The notes under the pieces: generated by a model
Told to the model about the DNA's origin: nothing
Seen by the model: the letters and a program-made list of their open reading frames with translations, nothing else
Database searches by the model: none
Source: the human T2T-CHM13v2.0 reference genome, Homo sapiens
Assembly: GCA_009914755.4 (NCBI GenBank)
Contig: CP068257.2
Coordinates: 43,808,001 to 43,872,000 of the forward strand
DNA: 64,000 nt
Direction: 5' to 3'
Made by a program: the position numbers and the translations under genes
Shown: one piece after another, positions 38,833 through 51,553 of the stretch
Layout: every line of letters starts with the position of its first letter
Numbering within the stretch: position 1 is the first letter of the stretch

Positions 38833-39867
38833 GTAAGTCCTGCCTCCACCGTCAGTGTCGGGAGCCCTGTCTGCTGGGAGTGAGGGGTGAACACCCCACA
38901 TGGGAGCCCCTGCCCTGCCTCAGGCCTCCCCAGTCCCCGCCTCCTCACCTCATCTCCTCTAGGAGCTGGCGGGCAGTTGCTGACTCGGGGCCGCCCTGGG
39001 GTGTGCGGAAGCACCTGAGTGGCCACCCCATGGTTCTAGGGGTGCTGACCAGTGGGGGTGACTGCAAGCAAGGCCTCCGACCTCTCTGGCCCTGTGGGTC
39101 CACGGACTGCACAGAGAGCGTCTCCATGAGCAATTCCCATGGGTGGGTGTGGGAGGGCCGAGGTCAGCATTGCTGGAGGGCCAGGGGAGGGAGGAGCCTG
39201 CTTGGCCAACGCGGCTCGTAGGGTCTCAGGTCCCCACGGCAGGCTCCCCACCAGCTCTGCCACACATGACGGGCAGCAGGTCATGACTGGCAGCAGGTGC
39301 CTGCCCCACCAGCTGTGCCACACATGATGGGCAGCAGGTCATGATGGGCAGCAGGTGCAGACGTGGCTGCTGTAATTGGGTCATGCTGCACTGGCATCCC
39401 GTGGCCTGGGGTCACTCGGTAGCATGCCATGACGTGCAGGGCAGGGAGTGTGGGGTTAGGTCACCCATGACATGCCCCTGCCTCCGTAACAGTCCCTACC
39501 TGAGCCAGCCAACCCTACCGATGGGCGTTCGCCGTCACCATCGGCTCTGAGGCCTCTCTGGGTGCCGCATGGCAAGTGCTCCCCAGGATCCATTCTGAGG
39601 GGAATTTGGGCTTAAAGAACATGCCTAATCCATATTCACGCATGTGGCCAGACTGCCTCTCAGAGGGAGCAGCGGCTACCCCAGCCCTGGTGTGCAAGCA
39701 TCTTCCCGCCGTGGTGCTGTCGGCTCTGCCATCTCATCCTGCCAATGTGGCCGCGAAACTGCGGGCTACGCAGGCTGTGGGGTCTCCCGTGAGCCCTGGG
39801 ACTCTGGCCCTGTGTCTGGGGAACGTTCTGTGTCCTGCCTTCTGGAAACCTGCGGAAGCCCAGATAA

Positions 39868-40023
<156 letters not shown>

Positions 40024-40768
40024 TGAGTGGGACCCAGCACCACACCATGTGGCCCGGGTCCGGGGGTGCCTGGTGACGCCCGTGAAGGGGAAATGCCAGG
40101 AATAGCCCCCCATCACAGCCCCACAGCCTGGGGCCTCGCGCTCTGGAGGTCACCCTGACCTGGGCGGCTGGGGCTTGGGTAGAAATTCATAACCCTGTGA
40201 TGATGAGTGGACTCACGGGTTTTAAGAACATGGGCACCCCGCGAGATCTGAGATCTTACTCCAAGCTTCCACGTTGGTTACGGGGCAGTGGCCATGAGCC
40301 TCTGTCGGACTGACGCAAGGAGCCGGGGCCCCGGGCGTTTGTGGGTGGACCTGGCGGGAGTCGCCTGCGTCTGGCCCCCTGGGGAGCGGTCTCCAGCATG
40401 ACCTCAGATGAGAGCTGCACTGCTTTGGACTGAGCAGGGAACGCGGGCTATAAATGCCCCTCACTGCTCTAAGCCTGTGGCTGAGCTGAAGGGCCCTTCT
40501 TGGGGAGGCATCCAGGCCCCAGGCCCCACGTGTAGCCAGGTCCAGCATTGGGACCAGGCTTGGCGTCCCTTGTGGCTTCCCTTTCAGGACCCCAACCACA
40601 CCAGAAAGGGGGGATGACAGCGGCAACAGCCTCAGAAACTATTAAACCGGCACAGGCAGCAAAGCAGGGACCCGGGTCGGGGCACAGTTCCTGGCAGGGC
40701 GATGTGCCTTCCTCTGTCCACTGTGCTGCAAGTCTGATTTTGTCATAATCCTGCTCTTTTCCGTACAG

Positions 40769-40795
40769 GGTGAAGCAGGCGCCCCAGGACATAAG
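40769..40795 (+). CDS. COL18A1: COL18A1 exon 16 (27-bp micro-exon): GEAGAPGHK
   Basis: cttttccgtacag|GGTGAAGCAGGCGCCCCAGGACATAAG|gtacaagc. Confidence 0.85.
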
Positions 40796-41834
40796 GTACA
40801 AGCAGAATCCCTGGCACATCAGTCCCCTGCCCCTGGTGCCCACTCAGTGCTCGGACCCCCAAAGAGGGTGGCAGCCCCACGGTCGAGAGAGTGAGCTCTC
40901 TTGGGGCTGGCCTTGACCCCCACTCCTGCCATCTGTCCATCCGTCCTGCCGGAATCGCGGGCAGCAGCCTCTGTCACTCTGGCGAGGTGGCTTCGGCCCT
41001 TGTCACTTTTGTGATGTGGCTTCCGCCGAGCTCTGGTCTGCCGGTGAACTGAGAGTAGACGCGCCCTGGAAGCTGAGCTCGTCTGGAAACAAGCTCCGTG
41101 TGGCAAGCGCGATAAAGCAGCTCCAGGAGCTTTGGGAGGAGGGGCTGGGCCACAGCAGGTGGAGAGGCTGCCCGTGGCCTGGGGAGGGCCCTGAGCTGGG
41201 CCCCCCAACATCCCCCCATAGGGGAGCCCCATCCACCCGTCCCGCAGGCTCATGAGCATCTGGGGGCACTCGGAAGGAGCGCTGAAGGCAGCCCGGGTGT
41301 CCTTGGCGGCCCTGGCCTGGCCCAGAGTCTGCTCAGACCCTCTGGACTCAGGGCAGCTGCTCTCCATGGACCCAGCCTTCCTTCGGGCAGCCTGAGGTCT
41401 GGGCCACAGCCTGCTTGACCAGACAATTTATCTGACACCCCCCCAACGACCCACTTCCTCCTTCTGTTCTGTGGAAATTGAGCTGGAGGAGGAGCTAGAA
41501 CCCTGCAGAGGAGGGGCTGGGAGCCGGGTCTGGGCCTCCAGTCAGCATCTGTGCCGACCCCACCACAGACGCCCCCGGAGGTGCCCTCGAGGATCCAGGC
41601 TTCCGTGGGCCGCCCACTCGAATCATGTCCAAAACGTCAGGAGCTCCTCACCTTGGGCTGGACGGGGTTGGCACTAACGGGGAACTTTCCCCAGAACATG
41701 GCCAAGCTCCAGGATGGGGGTGATGAGGGAAGGAAGGCCAGTGGGGAGAGGAGTGAGGAAGAGGACAGCTGCGAGTCAGGTGGTGAGAGCACTTGGAGGG
41801 GCTGAGAGGACATGGGCTGGGAGTGAATGCATGT

Positions 41835-42790
41835 GCACATATACACACACACCTCTCCAGCATATGTACACATGCACACACACACCTCTCCAGCATATGT
41901 ACACATGCACACACACCTCTCCAGCATATGTACACATGCACACACACACCTCTCCAGCATATGTACACATGCACACACCTCTCCAGCATATGTACACATG
42001 CACACACCTCTCCAGCATATGTACACATGCACATACACACCTCTCCAGCATATGTACACACACACACACCTCTCCAGCATATGTACACACACACACACCT
42101 CTCCAGCATATGTGCACACGCACACACACCTCTCCAGCGTATGTACACACACACCTCTCCAGCATATGTACGCGCGCACACACCTCTCCAGCATATGTGC
42201 ACACACACACATAGGCACACACATCTCCAGCATATGTGCACACACACCTCTCCAGCATATGTGCACACACACACATAGGCACACACATCTCCAGCATATG
42301 TGCACACACACCTCCAGCATACATGCACACACATGCACACACACATCTCCAGCATATGTGCGCACACACATACACACACACACATCTCCAGCATGTGTGT
42401 ACACACACACACCTCTCCAGCATATGTGAGCACACACACACCTCTCCAGCATGTGTGCACACACATGCACGCCTCTCCAGCATATGTGCACACACACACA
42501 CGCACCTCTCCAGCATATGTGCACATACACATAGCCAGCACATGTGCACACAGCTCTCATGTATGTGCACGTGTATCTCTAGCATACATGCACACATGTA
42601 TCTGGTGTATATGTGCAACACATACATGTATCTGGGGCATGTGCACACGCATCTCTTATGTGCACATACACATGTATCTAGGTATGTGCCCACGTTTTTC
42701 TAGCACACATGCACACACATCTCTCTAGCATATGTACACACACATGTATTTGTAGTGTGTGTGCACATCTGTGTCTCTAGTATGTGTGCA
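41835..42790. repeat. Minisatellite, 31-36-bp unit (cacacacctctccagcatatgtacacatgca), about 22 clean copies and then degenerate copies to about 42790
   Basis: The anchor 'acctctccagcatatgt' recurs at 31-36 bp spacing. The large Cys/His-rich pseudo-ORFs 41637..42693 derive from it. Confidence 0.9.
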
Positions 42791-42965
42791 TACACGTACA
42801 CATGTAGGCTTTGAGTTAAGCAGGGGAGGAATATTTTGATCAACTTTAAAATCAGCAAAATTAGATATGCATGTATGAAAATAATGAAAGTTTTAAAAAA
42901 ACAAAAATGTCAAGTAACATGAATGAGAATTCTAGAACCCTACAACCTAATTGTAAACCAAATAG

Positions 42966-43326
<361 letters not shown>

Positions 43327-43358
43327 TAGGCACTTTTTAAAGATCAAAAATTAGATGA

Positions 43359-43520
43359 GGCTGGACACGATGGCTCACACCTGTAATCCCAGCACTTTGG
43401 GAGGCTGAGGTGGGAGGATTATTTGAGTCCAGGAGTTCAAGGCTATAGTAAGCTACAATCATGCCACTGTGCTCTAGCCTGGGCAACAGAGCGAGACCCT
43501 GTGTCCAAAAAGAAAAAAAA
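43359..43520 (+). mobile_element. Internally deleted old Alu (AluJ-like) fragment, + orientation
   Basis: 'ggctggacacgatggctcacacctgtaatcccagcactttgggaggctgaggtgggaggattatttgagtccaggagttcaag' joins directly to 'gctatagtaagctacaatcatgccactgtgctctagcctgggcaacagagcgagaccctgtgtccaaaaagaaaaaaaa'. Confidence 0.8.
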
Positions 43521-44220
43521 TTAGATTTTTAAAGACGATAAAAGGATGCCAGGCACTAAGACAGATTAAAGCCAAGAAAGTAAAATCTAAGATTCTCATG
43601 AAGTTAGCCCTCAAGTTAAGTGGGTGGTACATGGTGCCCACCTGTTAAGACCCAGCGTAGCTGTTGGAGGGTGGCTGCAGTGGAGACCCAGCCCTAGAAG
43701 GGAGGAGACAGGAGGCAGTCGAGGATCACCTTGGCGGGTGGAGGGCGGGGAAAGCTCTGGCTTGGAGGCCCAGCCCCTGTGGGGGACATGGGAAGCAGGA
43801 AGGACCCTTCCCCACAGAGGGGGTTTCCTTCCTCCAGCTGGGCCTGTGACCATATCAAGGCAGCGGGTCACATTCCTGCCCCATTTGTGGACAGTGCTGG
43901 GCTCACACTATCTCATTCCGCTCTGTCCCGAGCCTGGGAAGGAACCCTGGGCCTCTCCGTCTACAGCCACGGAAACCGAGGCTCAGGGAGCTTGTGGCTG
44001 CGAGGAGAGGGGTGGTGCAGCTGGGCCACGTCACAGCGGGACCCCTGCCTCAGGGCCTCCCTCCCTCACGCCCCCCACACCGGGCTCTCACCTCACACTC
44101 CAGGTGGCTGGGGCCTTGGGTCACCGATGGCTCCAGCACATGCCTCCGGGCTCGCCTGCTTCTCACGGCTTTCGGACTAATAGAGTCACCGCAATGCCTG
44201 TGTCTACCCTAGCCCCAGTG

Positions 44221-44497
44221 GTCCCAGGGTCCTGAGCCTCCTCTCCTCTCTCCTCTCTTCTCCCCTTGCCTGCCGGGGAGCCAGGGCTGGTCCCAGGGTC
44301 CTGAGCCTCCTCTCCTCTCTCCTCTCTTCTCCCCTCGCCTCCCGGGGAGCCAGGGCTGGTCCCAGGGTCCTGAGCCTCCTCTCCTCTCTCCTCTCTTCTC
44401 CCCTCGCCTCCCGGGGAGCCAGGGCTGGTCCCAGGGTCCTGAGCCTCCTCTCCTCTCTCCTCTCTTCTCCCCTCGCCTGCCCGGGAGCCAGGGCTGG
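44221..44497. repeat. Pyrimidine-rich tandem repeat, 69-bp unit x 4 (gtcccagggtcctgagcctcctctcctctctcctctcttctcccctcgcctcccggggagccagggctg)
   Basis: The anchor 'gtcccagggt' recurs every 69 bp. A 23-aa periodic pseudo-ORF lies on the minus strand. Confidence 0.9.
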
Positions 44498-44722
44498 AGG
44501 TAACGAGGGTGCCGTGTGCACCTCCCGCTGTGCATGTGGGCCTCCCCCTGTGCATGTGGGCCCAACCCCGACCAAGTTCGGGCTCCGTGGCTCTCTCCTC
44601 AGTTGTGTTTCTGTGTGGCTGAAATCGTGTCGTAAAGTTAGAAGAAAGGCTGTTGTGGGGCCTGCGTTGCTTGGCAGAATGTTCCTTACCTTTTGATTTG
44701 CAGGGTTTAGAAAGCATCATAA

Positions 44723-44950
<228 letters not shown>

Positions 44951-45344
44951 TGACCCCCTGGAGAGCCGGGGGCTGCCGTTGCCCCGGCCCTACTACCCCT
45001 GGCATCTCACTCACAGAGCAGCACGTCCTGGGCGGTGGCCTTGCTGGCACTGCCTCATCCTGGGATTCCATATTCCGCATGGTGGGGCTCGAGTCTCTCG
45101 CCCGTCGCCCGTGCCCCACGGTGCTGATGGGGATCTTGGCCCAGCCATGCCCCAGCACCCGTGCCCTGACCAAGAGCGAATGAGCTGACCCGAGACGGGC
45201 TGCCCCGGGGGGGCTCCACCCAGGCCCTGCCACCAGGTAGACAGTCCCCATCTGAGAACGGCGGCTCCCCAGGCCACCGTGGCCCCAAAGCATGTCCCAC
45301 CCTCCTCTCGGGTAGTGCCACCCCAGGGAGGGGTCCTTCCCTAA

Positions 45345-45458
<114 letters not shown>

Positions 45459-46357
45459 TGAGCTGGGCGTGGCCGGCTCTGAGGGGTAAGGGGGTGTTGC
45501 CTGGAGCAGGAGAGTGTCCCTGAGAGCCACCGGCCTTGCATGGGATCGGAAGCCGCCCTGCAGAGCCGTGAGGACCACGTGTGGCGGGCGCTGTGCCCCG
45601 CGGGCCACCCTTGTTCTTCGGAGATGCCCCTTCATTGAACTAAAGTCACGGGGTGAGGGCCTGGTCTGCAAAGTGGGAGACACTGTGAGTGGTCAAGACA
45701 AAGGAACACGGGGCCGCATGCCCCCTGAAAGGCCTTTCTGGGGAAATTCAAGTCATCACATTCTTTTTGTGGCCCCAATTTTTGGTAGTAACAAATGTTT
45801 GGCCTGAGTAGAATCTGAAATTCCTATGAAATCTCCACTTTCTTCTACTGTTAACATGTATACTGCTCAGGGTTAGAGCCAGCAAGGAGTGACCAAAATC
45901 CCAAAACAACTGTGCTCAGACAGCTCAGACGTGCCAGGGGCAGACCCAGGGGCCACAAGCTCCTTCCTCCCCTGCCCCCACTGTCCCCTCCACACCACCA
46001 GCGCTCTCGTGGCGCCAGCATGGAGGAGCCCCCAGGGCCACAGCCCTGCCCAAGAGACACGTGGGGTGGCTGAAGCCACAGCGTCCAGCTTCATGCTCAG
46101 AGACTCAGCCTGTTGAGAGCACGGGTGGCTGGGACACATTTCTTACTTGGAGCAAAACGAATGAGAAATTTCAATTAGGCAGAAACTAATTGATTCCATA
46201 GTAAGTTAGAATGGCTTTACCATTTTAACTTAGTACATTTCCTTTTACACACGTATTTTGAAGTCTTGACTGTTACTAGCGGGCTTTTCTTGCGGCAGAC
46301 GCATCTCACAGCAGGGCCTCCAGCTGCACTAACACTGTGTCTCCTCTGCCCTGACAG

Positions 46358-46384
46358 GGACCTCCCGGCCTGCCGGGACTCAAG
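46358..46384 (+). CDS. COL18A1: COL18A1 exon 19 (27-bp micro-exon): GPPGLPGLK
   Basis: ctctgccctgacag|GGACCTCCCGGCCTGCCGGGACTCAAG|gtcagtgac. Confidence 0.82.
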
Positions 46385-47425
46385 GTCAGTGACGGATATG
46401 TCTGGGTTTCTGTGGTTGCTGGCTTGGCCCTGTCTCGACATCTTGGGGCTGGGGGAGACAGGGCCTTGCCTCGGGTTTTCTGATGGCAGGAGTAGGATGA
46501 ATTCATCCTGGGAAGTTTGCAAAATACAGCAAAAAAGCCTGACAGGGAAATAATCGCACACCAACCCCAACCTAGACTTCCAGCGTTAAGGGGCCATTGT
46601 CCCGTTCTCTCTCCGAAGCCCAGGAATCAAGATTCCTGGGTTCACACACCTGAAGCATATTCTCAGACTTGGGCCGAAAAGAGGGGCATAGGGGAAGAAC
46701 TCAGGGTCCCCACCTCAGCCTCAGGGACAGGTGGACTCCTGGGCTCAGGGACAGAGCCGTGGTGACCTTGTAGGACCCAGGAGCTTTGTCCTCTGCTCCC
46801 CCCATCCCTGGGGGACACTAGCCCCCAGCCTGGCCCCGAAGACCCCACCCCACCCAGGCCCCGAAGCTCCCAGGGCAGGTGCCTGAGCGGGGAGCCTGGA
46901 GCCTCCTCTCCTAGGCCCTGGGCAGCAGCCGCCTTTCACCCCGCTGCGTGCTCATCAAAGCGTCCTCTGCTGCGTGCGGGGCCAAGGGCGCACGGGGCCC
47001 ACCCTGGGGCTGCACTCTCACGCATCACCAGCCCCTGCCATGGCACCTGCTCCTTTGAGCTTTGCTTTCATTTGCAAGACATCGGGACACTCAAAAGGCT
47101 GACTTATGGGAAGGGCCGTGTGTTTGCTTTCTTAAATTGTTTGAATGAGGCCGTCTCAGCGGGGTTCCTCTTGCAGTCTGCAGTCCTAGTGATGGAATAT
47201 GTCCCCAGGTTCCGCAGCCGTCCCGGCCGGGTGCCTTCAGCCAGCCTGGGCCCACGGGGTCCCTGCACAAGTTGCTCAGTGTCCCTGGGACCCCTCGGCT
47301 CTGGGCTGGGGGAGGGCGGTGAGATGCATCCTGGGTAACTCACCCTTCCCTTCACCCGGGGTGGACGCTGCCTGAGGACTGGGCTGGCCCCAGCAGGTGC
47401 TCACGGAGCCCCTTTTTTCACTTAG

Positions 47426-47461
47426 GGGGATCCTGGCGTGCCTGGGCTGCCGGGGGCGAAG
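47426..47461 (+). CDS. COL18A1: COL18A1 exon 20 (36 bp): [12 protein letters not shown]
   Basis: ttttttcacttag|GGGGATCCT...GGGGCGAAG|gtaagcgct. Confidence 0.85.
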
Positions 47462-47754
47462 GTAAGCGCTGTGCCCGGGTTCAGGGACGTGGCCAGGCAG
47501 AGGCAGGGAGGGCCCAGCCGGACACCTGCGGAGATCAGCTCAGGGCGGCCTTCCCCGCTCTTCCTGCCACTGCTTTGTTTCTTTATAATTGAAGACGTGC
47601 TGGTTTCAAAGGCAACCCCCAGGATACCCACCTGCAGGGCACCCAACCCCAGGGCACCCCCAGGTTTGACTGCGTCAGGAACATGGCCTTCCTCCCTCCC
47701 GGCTGTCTGGCTGTGCAGGCCCCGTCGGCCCCTGCCACCGGCCTCCCGCCTCTC

Positions 47755-48000
47755 CCTCCTTTTCCCCGACTTCCCCCTCCCCCACACTGCCTCCCCCACT
47801 TCCCCCTCCCCCACTTCCACCTGCCCCACACCTCCTCCCCGACTTCCCCCTCCCCCACTTCCCCCTGCCCCACACCTCCTCCCCCACACCCTCCCCCACT
47901 TCCCCGTCCCCCACACCTCCTCCCCCACTCCCCACTGCCCCCGACTCCCCCCTCCCCCCCCTCCCCCCGACTCCCCCCTCCCCCACTCCTCCATCCCTCC
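47755..48000. repeat. Polypyrimidine C-rich tandem tract ((c)ttcccc(c)tcccccac(acc)tcctcccc reiterated); homopurine on the opposite strand
   Basis: Directly visible. It gives poly-Pro and Gly/Glu pseudo-ORFs on the two strands. Confidence 0.9.
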
Positions 48001-48143
48001 ACAGCCCCTGCTCAGGCCCACAGGGGTGAGAGAGAGAAGTCCAGGCCATCGCCACGTCCACGGGTGCCCCGGACTCCTCGTGGGGGTCCCTGCATTCCTG
48101 GGCGTGTGGCCAATGCCCTGCGTCCTCCATGTGACCCTTTCAG

Positions 48144-48215
48144 GGAGAAGTTGGAGCAGATGGAGTCCCCGGGTTCCCCGGCCTCCCTGGCAGAGAGGGC
48201 ATTGCTGGGCCCCAG
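48144..48215 (+). CDS. COL18A1: COL18A1 exon 21 (72 bp): [24 protein letters not shown]
   Basis: tgacccttttcag|GGAGAAGTT...GGGCCCCAG|gtgagttgc. Confidence 0.88.
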
Positions 48216-48285
48216 GTGAGTTGCCTTGGTGGGCCCAGGGTGCAGGGGGGGCGTGGAGCCCTGAAGGGACTATGCCAAGATGAAA

Positions 48286-48598
48286 GCTGGCACGAGATGT
48301 GCCCTCGTGGGTCCCTGGGCCTCCATGTGCCCTCGTGGGTCCCTGGGCCTCCATGTGCCCTCGTGGGTTCCTGGGCCTCCATGTGCCCTCCCGGGTCCCT
48401 GGGCCTCCGTGTGCCCTCCCGGGTCCCTGGGCCTCCGTGTGCCCACTCCCGGGTCTCTGGGCCTCCGTGTGCCCTCCTGGGTCTCCGTGTGCCCTCTCAG
48501 GTCCCTGGGCCTCCGTGTGCCCTCCCGGGTCCCTGGGCCTTCGTGTGCCCTCCCAGGTCTCTGGGCCTCCGTGTGCCCACTCCCGGGTCTCTGAGCGC
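48286..48598. repeat. Tandem repeat, 28-30-bp unit x ~10 (gtgccctcgtgggtccctgggcctccat)
   Basis: The anchor 'gccctcgtgg' recurs every 28 bp. Later copies are 30 bp (gtgcccactcccgggtctctgggcctccgt). Confidence 0.9.
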
Positions 48599-48767
48599 CA
48601 GGAGTTAAGTATAAGTCTCCGTCAGGGCTCTTGGTGGCTGCCTCCCTCCCAGGCCCCAGCCGGTCGGGAAATAAAGAACCCCACATCTTCATCAGAGCCA
48701 TCCCTCACGGGGGGCCAGGGGCTCCTGTTTCTGTTGGTGATGAACCATTTCCTTCCTGTCTCTCCAG

Positions 48768-48803
48768 GGGCCAAAGGGAGACAGAGGCAGCCGGGGAGAA
48801 AAG
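48768..48803 (+). CDS. COL18A1: COL18A1 exon 22 (36 bp): [12 protein letters not shown]
   Basis: tcctgtctctccag|GGGCCAAAG...GGAGAAAAG|gtgagtgtc. Confidence 0.88.
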
Positions 48804-49156
48804 GTGAGTGTCCCTGGGGCGGGTGGATGGGGATGGGGGGCGCTGGGACATCCCAGAAGGTTTGGCCTCAGCTGCCCCAGGTCCGTGCCCCTGCTGCCCA
48901 TGTGACCTCAGAGACTCAGGGCAAAGACCCTCAAGTTGACAGGGGTGGCTTTCAGGCTGGGGGCAGCGTGTGTGGCTCAACCGTCCCTGTTGGAGCCTGC
49001 CCTGCCTGGCAGGGGGCTCCAAGGCCACAGTCCACAGCCCCGGGCGCCTCCTCACCCACCGTGGGCTCTGGGCACCCCCTCCAGGGCTGGGTGGACTCTG
49101 GGGTCCTGGCCAGAGCGGTTGAGATGAAATGCCGGACGCGTGGCCTCCTCTTCCAG

Positions 49157-49246
49157 GGAGATCCAGGGAAGGACGGAGTCGGGCAGCCGGGCCTCCCTGG
49201 CCCCCCCGGACCCCCGGGACCTGTGGTCTACGTGTCGGAGCAGGAC
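49157..49246 (+). CDS. COL18A1: COL18A1 exon 23 (90 bp): [30 protein letters not shown]
   Basis: ctcctcttccag|GGAGATCCA...GAGCAGGAC|gtaaggacg. Confidence 0.88.
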
Positions 49247-49394
49247 GTAAGGACGCTGCGTGGGTGGGCACCCAATCTGTCCAGACCCCCCACTGGGTGC
49301 AGAGATCCCTCCCCGAGCCCCCCCCCACACCCCCACATCCCCCAGGTCAGGACAGGCCCTGACTGCCAGTCTACACTCCACCTCCTCGGTGGGG

Positions 49395-49445
49395 GCTGCA
49401 GACGCCCTCGGTCAGAGACGCCCTCGGTCAGAGACGCCCTCGGTC
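49395..49445. repeat. Tandem repeat, 17-bp unit x 3 (gacgccctcggtcagag)
   Basis: Direct reading. Confidence 0.85.
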
Positions 49446-50499
49446 AGAGACGCCTGGGGAGCCCAGCTCCATGTGGTGTTGGAGACACCGAGGAGAGGGG
49501 AGGGCCTGCACAGGGGCCAGTGTTTTTACGTCAAAGGCTCCCATTGGGCTCACTCCCTGTGTCCTTGACACTGTGGCCCCAAAGCTGCATGTAGTCACCC
49601 AGCTGCCCCGTCAGAAGAAGCAGATGCACCCTTGGCCCCTCTGGTGAAGGTTGTGTTGGTTCCGGAACCTTCCTCCCCCACTGCGGCCCGTCCATCAGGC
49701 CTCTCAGCTGCACCCTCTGCGCCTGCCAGCAGTGCATCCCACTGGTCCCTGTGCCACCCTGGCCTCACAGAGGCAGACGCATCTCCGCCCAGCCACATGG
49801 AACACAGGGACCAAGCCCCACTCTGGGCAGGGAGCTGAGCCCTGGGCAGATGCAGGGCCCAGGGCAGCAGAGCTGGGTGTGGCCAGGGGTTCAGATCCCT
49901 GCAGAGTTCTCTGTGGCCACCAGTGGAAGGGGGGCTGCCCGGGGCAGAGCTGAGAGCAGGCACCGTCAGCTGTGTGACACTGGACAAGTTACCTAACCCT
50001 TGTGCTCCAGCTCCCCACCTAGGAGGTGGGACTCTAACAGTCTTGAGAGGAGGGGTGGAGTTGGGAACAGGCAGGAGAGGGCTTGCCCCAGCACGGCTTT
50101 GCTAGGAGCAGGCAGACAGGCATCGGGAGGCAGGGGCAGCCCGAGAGGCCACAGGGACCTCGGCGTGACGGTCAAGACATCAGAACATCAGAAAAGCCTC
50201 CCGTAGGCCGAGCCACCTCCGCCGGCAAGCAAGGGAGCGTCTAGCAGAGGCAGGAGCATTTTAAAACAAAATGGAAGTAAAAACCATGGCCCTTAGGGCG
50301 TCTGGAGTCTGCATCCAGCTGCTCTGAGCTGAGGGGCGTCTGTGCTGCAGGAGGGATGCCCCAGGCCCAGGAAGACTGGAAAGCAACATTTTCCTTGAAT
50401 TTCCTGGTTTGGTGTTTTGTTGATCTGTAAGTCGCTCGAGTCCAGTTGAATTTTAAACGCGGCTCTTTGTTTCCGATTTTTCCTTTTGCTCGTGGACAG

Positions 50500-50529
50500 G
50501 GATCCGTCCTGAGCGTGCCGGGACCTGAG
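50500..50529 (+). CDS. COL18A1: COL18A1 exon 24 (30 bp): GSVLSVPGPE
   Basis: tttgctcgtggacag|GGATCCGTCCTGAGCGTGCCGGGACCTGAG|gtatgtgcc. Confidence 0.82.
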
Positions 50530-50651
50530 GTATGTGCCTGCCCAGCTTCTAAGAGACGGGCCTGCGGGGACCTGGGTACAAGGCTGGGTGGGGTCCGGGC
50601 AGGCGCGAGGGTGCGTGATGACCCCAGCTGACGCCGTCCCTCTTTCCCCAG

Positions 50652-50678
50652 GGCCGGCCGGGTTTCGCAGGCTTTCCC
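50652..50678 (+). CDS. COL18A1: COL18A1 exon 25 (27-bp micro-exon): GRPGFAGFP
   Basis: ccctctttccccag|GGCCGGCCGGGTTTCGCAGGCTTTCCC|gtgagtaac. Confidence 0.85.
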
Positions 50679-51141
50679 GTGAGTAACCTGGTGCCAGAGC
50701 TGCATGCTGCCCGCCACTGCCCTCCCGGCTGGGGAGGGGTCTCCACCTGGTAGCACAGAGCAGCCCGGTCGAGCTGGGGTGGGCCTTGTCAGGCCCGAGG
50801 GATAGCGACAGTCACTGCCCCCAAGGAAATGATGGGAGTGGGATGTGGGCGAGAGCCGCTGGCAGGCCCTGTGCTGGGTGGGCACCCGTGAGGGTGAGGC
50901 AGCTCCTTGCACCTGCAGAGGCCTGCAGTGTCCAGAGTGAGGCTGGGGCCGGGAGGTGTCCTGGTGGGGGTCACCTGCGGAGGCCTGCAGTGTCCAGAGT
51001 GAGGCTGGGGCTGCGAGGGGCCCTGGTCGGGCTGACGAGGCAGGCATATTGCGGGGGGCAGCTGTCGGGGGAGATGGAGCAGCCGTCGGGGATGGGGGAG
51101 ATGCCAGCCGCTCGGGCCTCACGGCCTGGCCTCCATTCCAG

Positions 51142-51204
51142 GGACCTGCAGGACCCAAGGGCAACCTGGGCTCTAAGGGCGAACGAGGCTCCCCGGGACC
51201 CAAG
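51142..51204 (+). CDS. COL18A1: COL18A1 exon 26 (63 bp): GPAGPKGNLGSKGERGSPGPK
   Basis: ggcctccattccag|GGACCTGCA...GGACCCAAG|gtaaggggc. Confidence 0.88.
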
Positions 51205-51478
51205 GTAAGGGGCTCAGGTGCTGTCCCTCAACCCCCTTTGTGACCCAGGGGTGGCTCCAGCCTGCCCAGATGACCACTGTTGGGAGGGACCTGGGACCCC
51301 CCGGCTGCTGCTGTGACACGTGAGGGGTACATCCCTGCTCGGGCCGTCCCTGTGGTCACCTCCCATGAAAGGACCCAGCCTGCGAGGCCCAGTCACAGCG
51401 GCCCTGCCTTCGGGGCTCTGGGTGAGGCTTTGTGGGGAAGGAGCTGGCCCTGACTCTGCTGGACCTCCTGCCATTCCA

Positions 51479-51553
51479 GGGTGAGAAGGGTGAACCGGGC
51501 AGCATCTTCAGCCCCGACGGCGGTGCCCTGGGCCCTGCCCAGAAAGGAGCCAA
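51479..51553 (+). CDS. COL18A1: COL18A1 exon 27 (75 bp): [25 protein letters not shown]
   Basis: cctgccattccag|GGTGAGAAG...GGAGCCAAG|gtgagggcc. Confidence 0.88.

Noticed and set aside
41637-42728. Several 150-307 aa ORFs on both strands rich in Cys/His/Thr
   Set aside because: They derive from the 31-36-bp 'cacacacctctccagcatatgtacacatgca' minisatellite.
47422-48382. ORFs 310 aa (-) and 281 aa (+) with poly-Pro and Gly/Glu-rich runs
   Set aside because: They are read through the C-rich homopyrimidine tract and the 28-bp tandem array. Exons 20 and 21 lie within this span but in different short segments.
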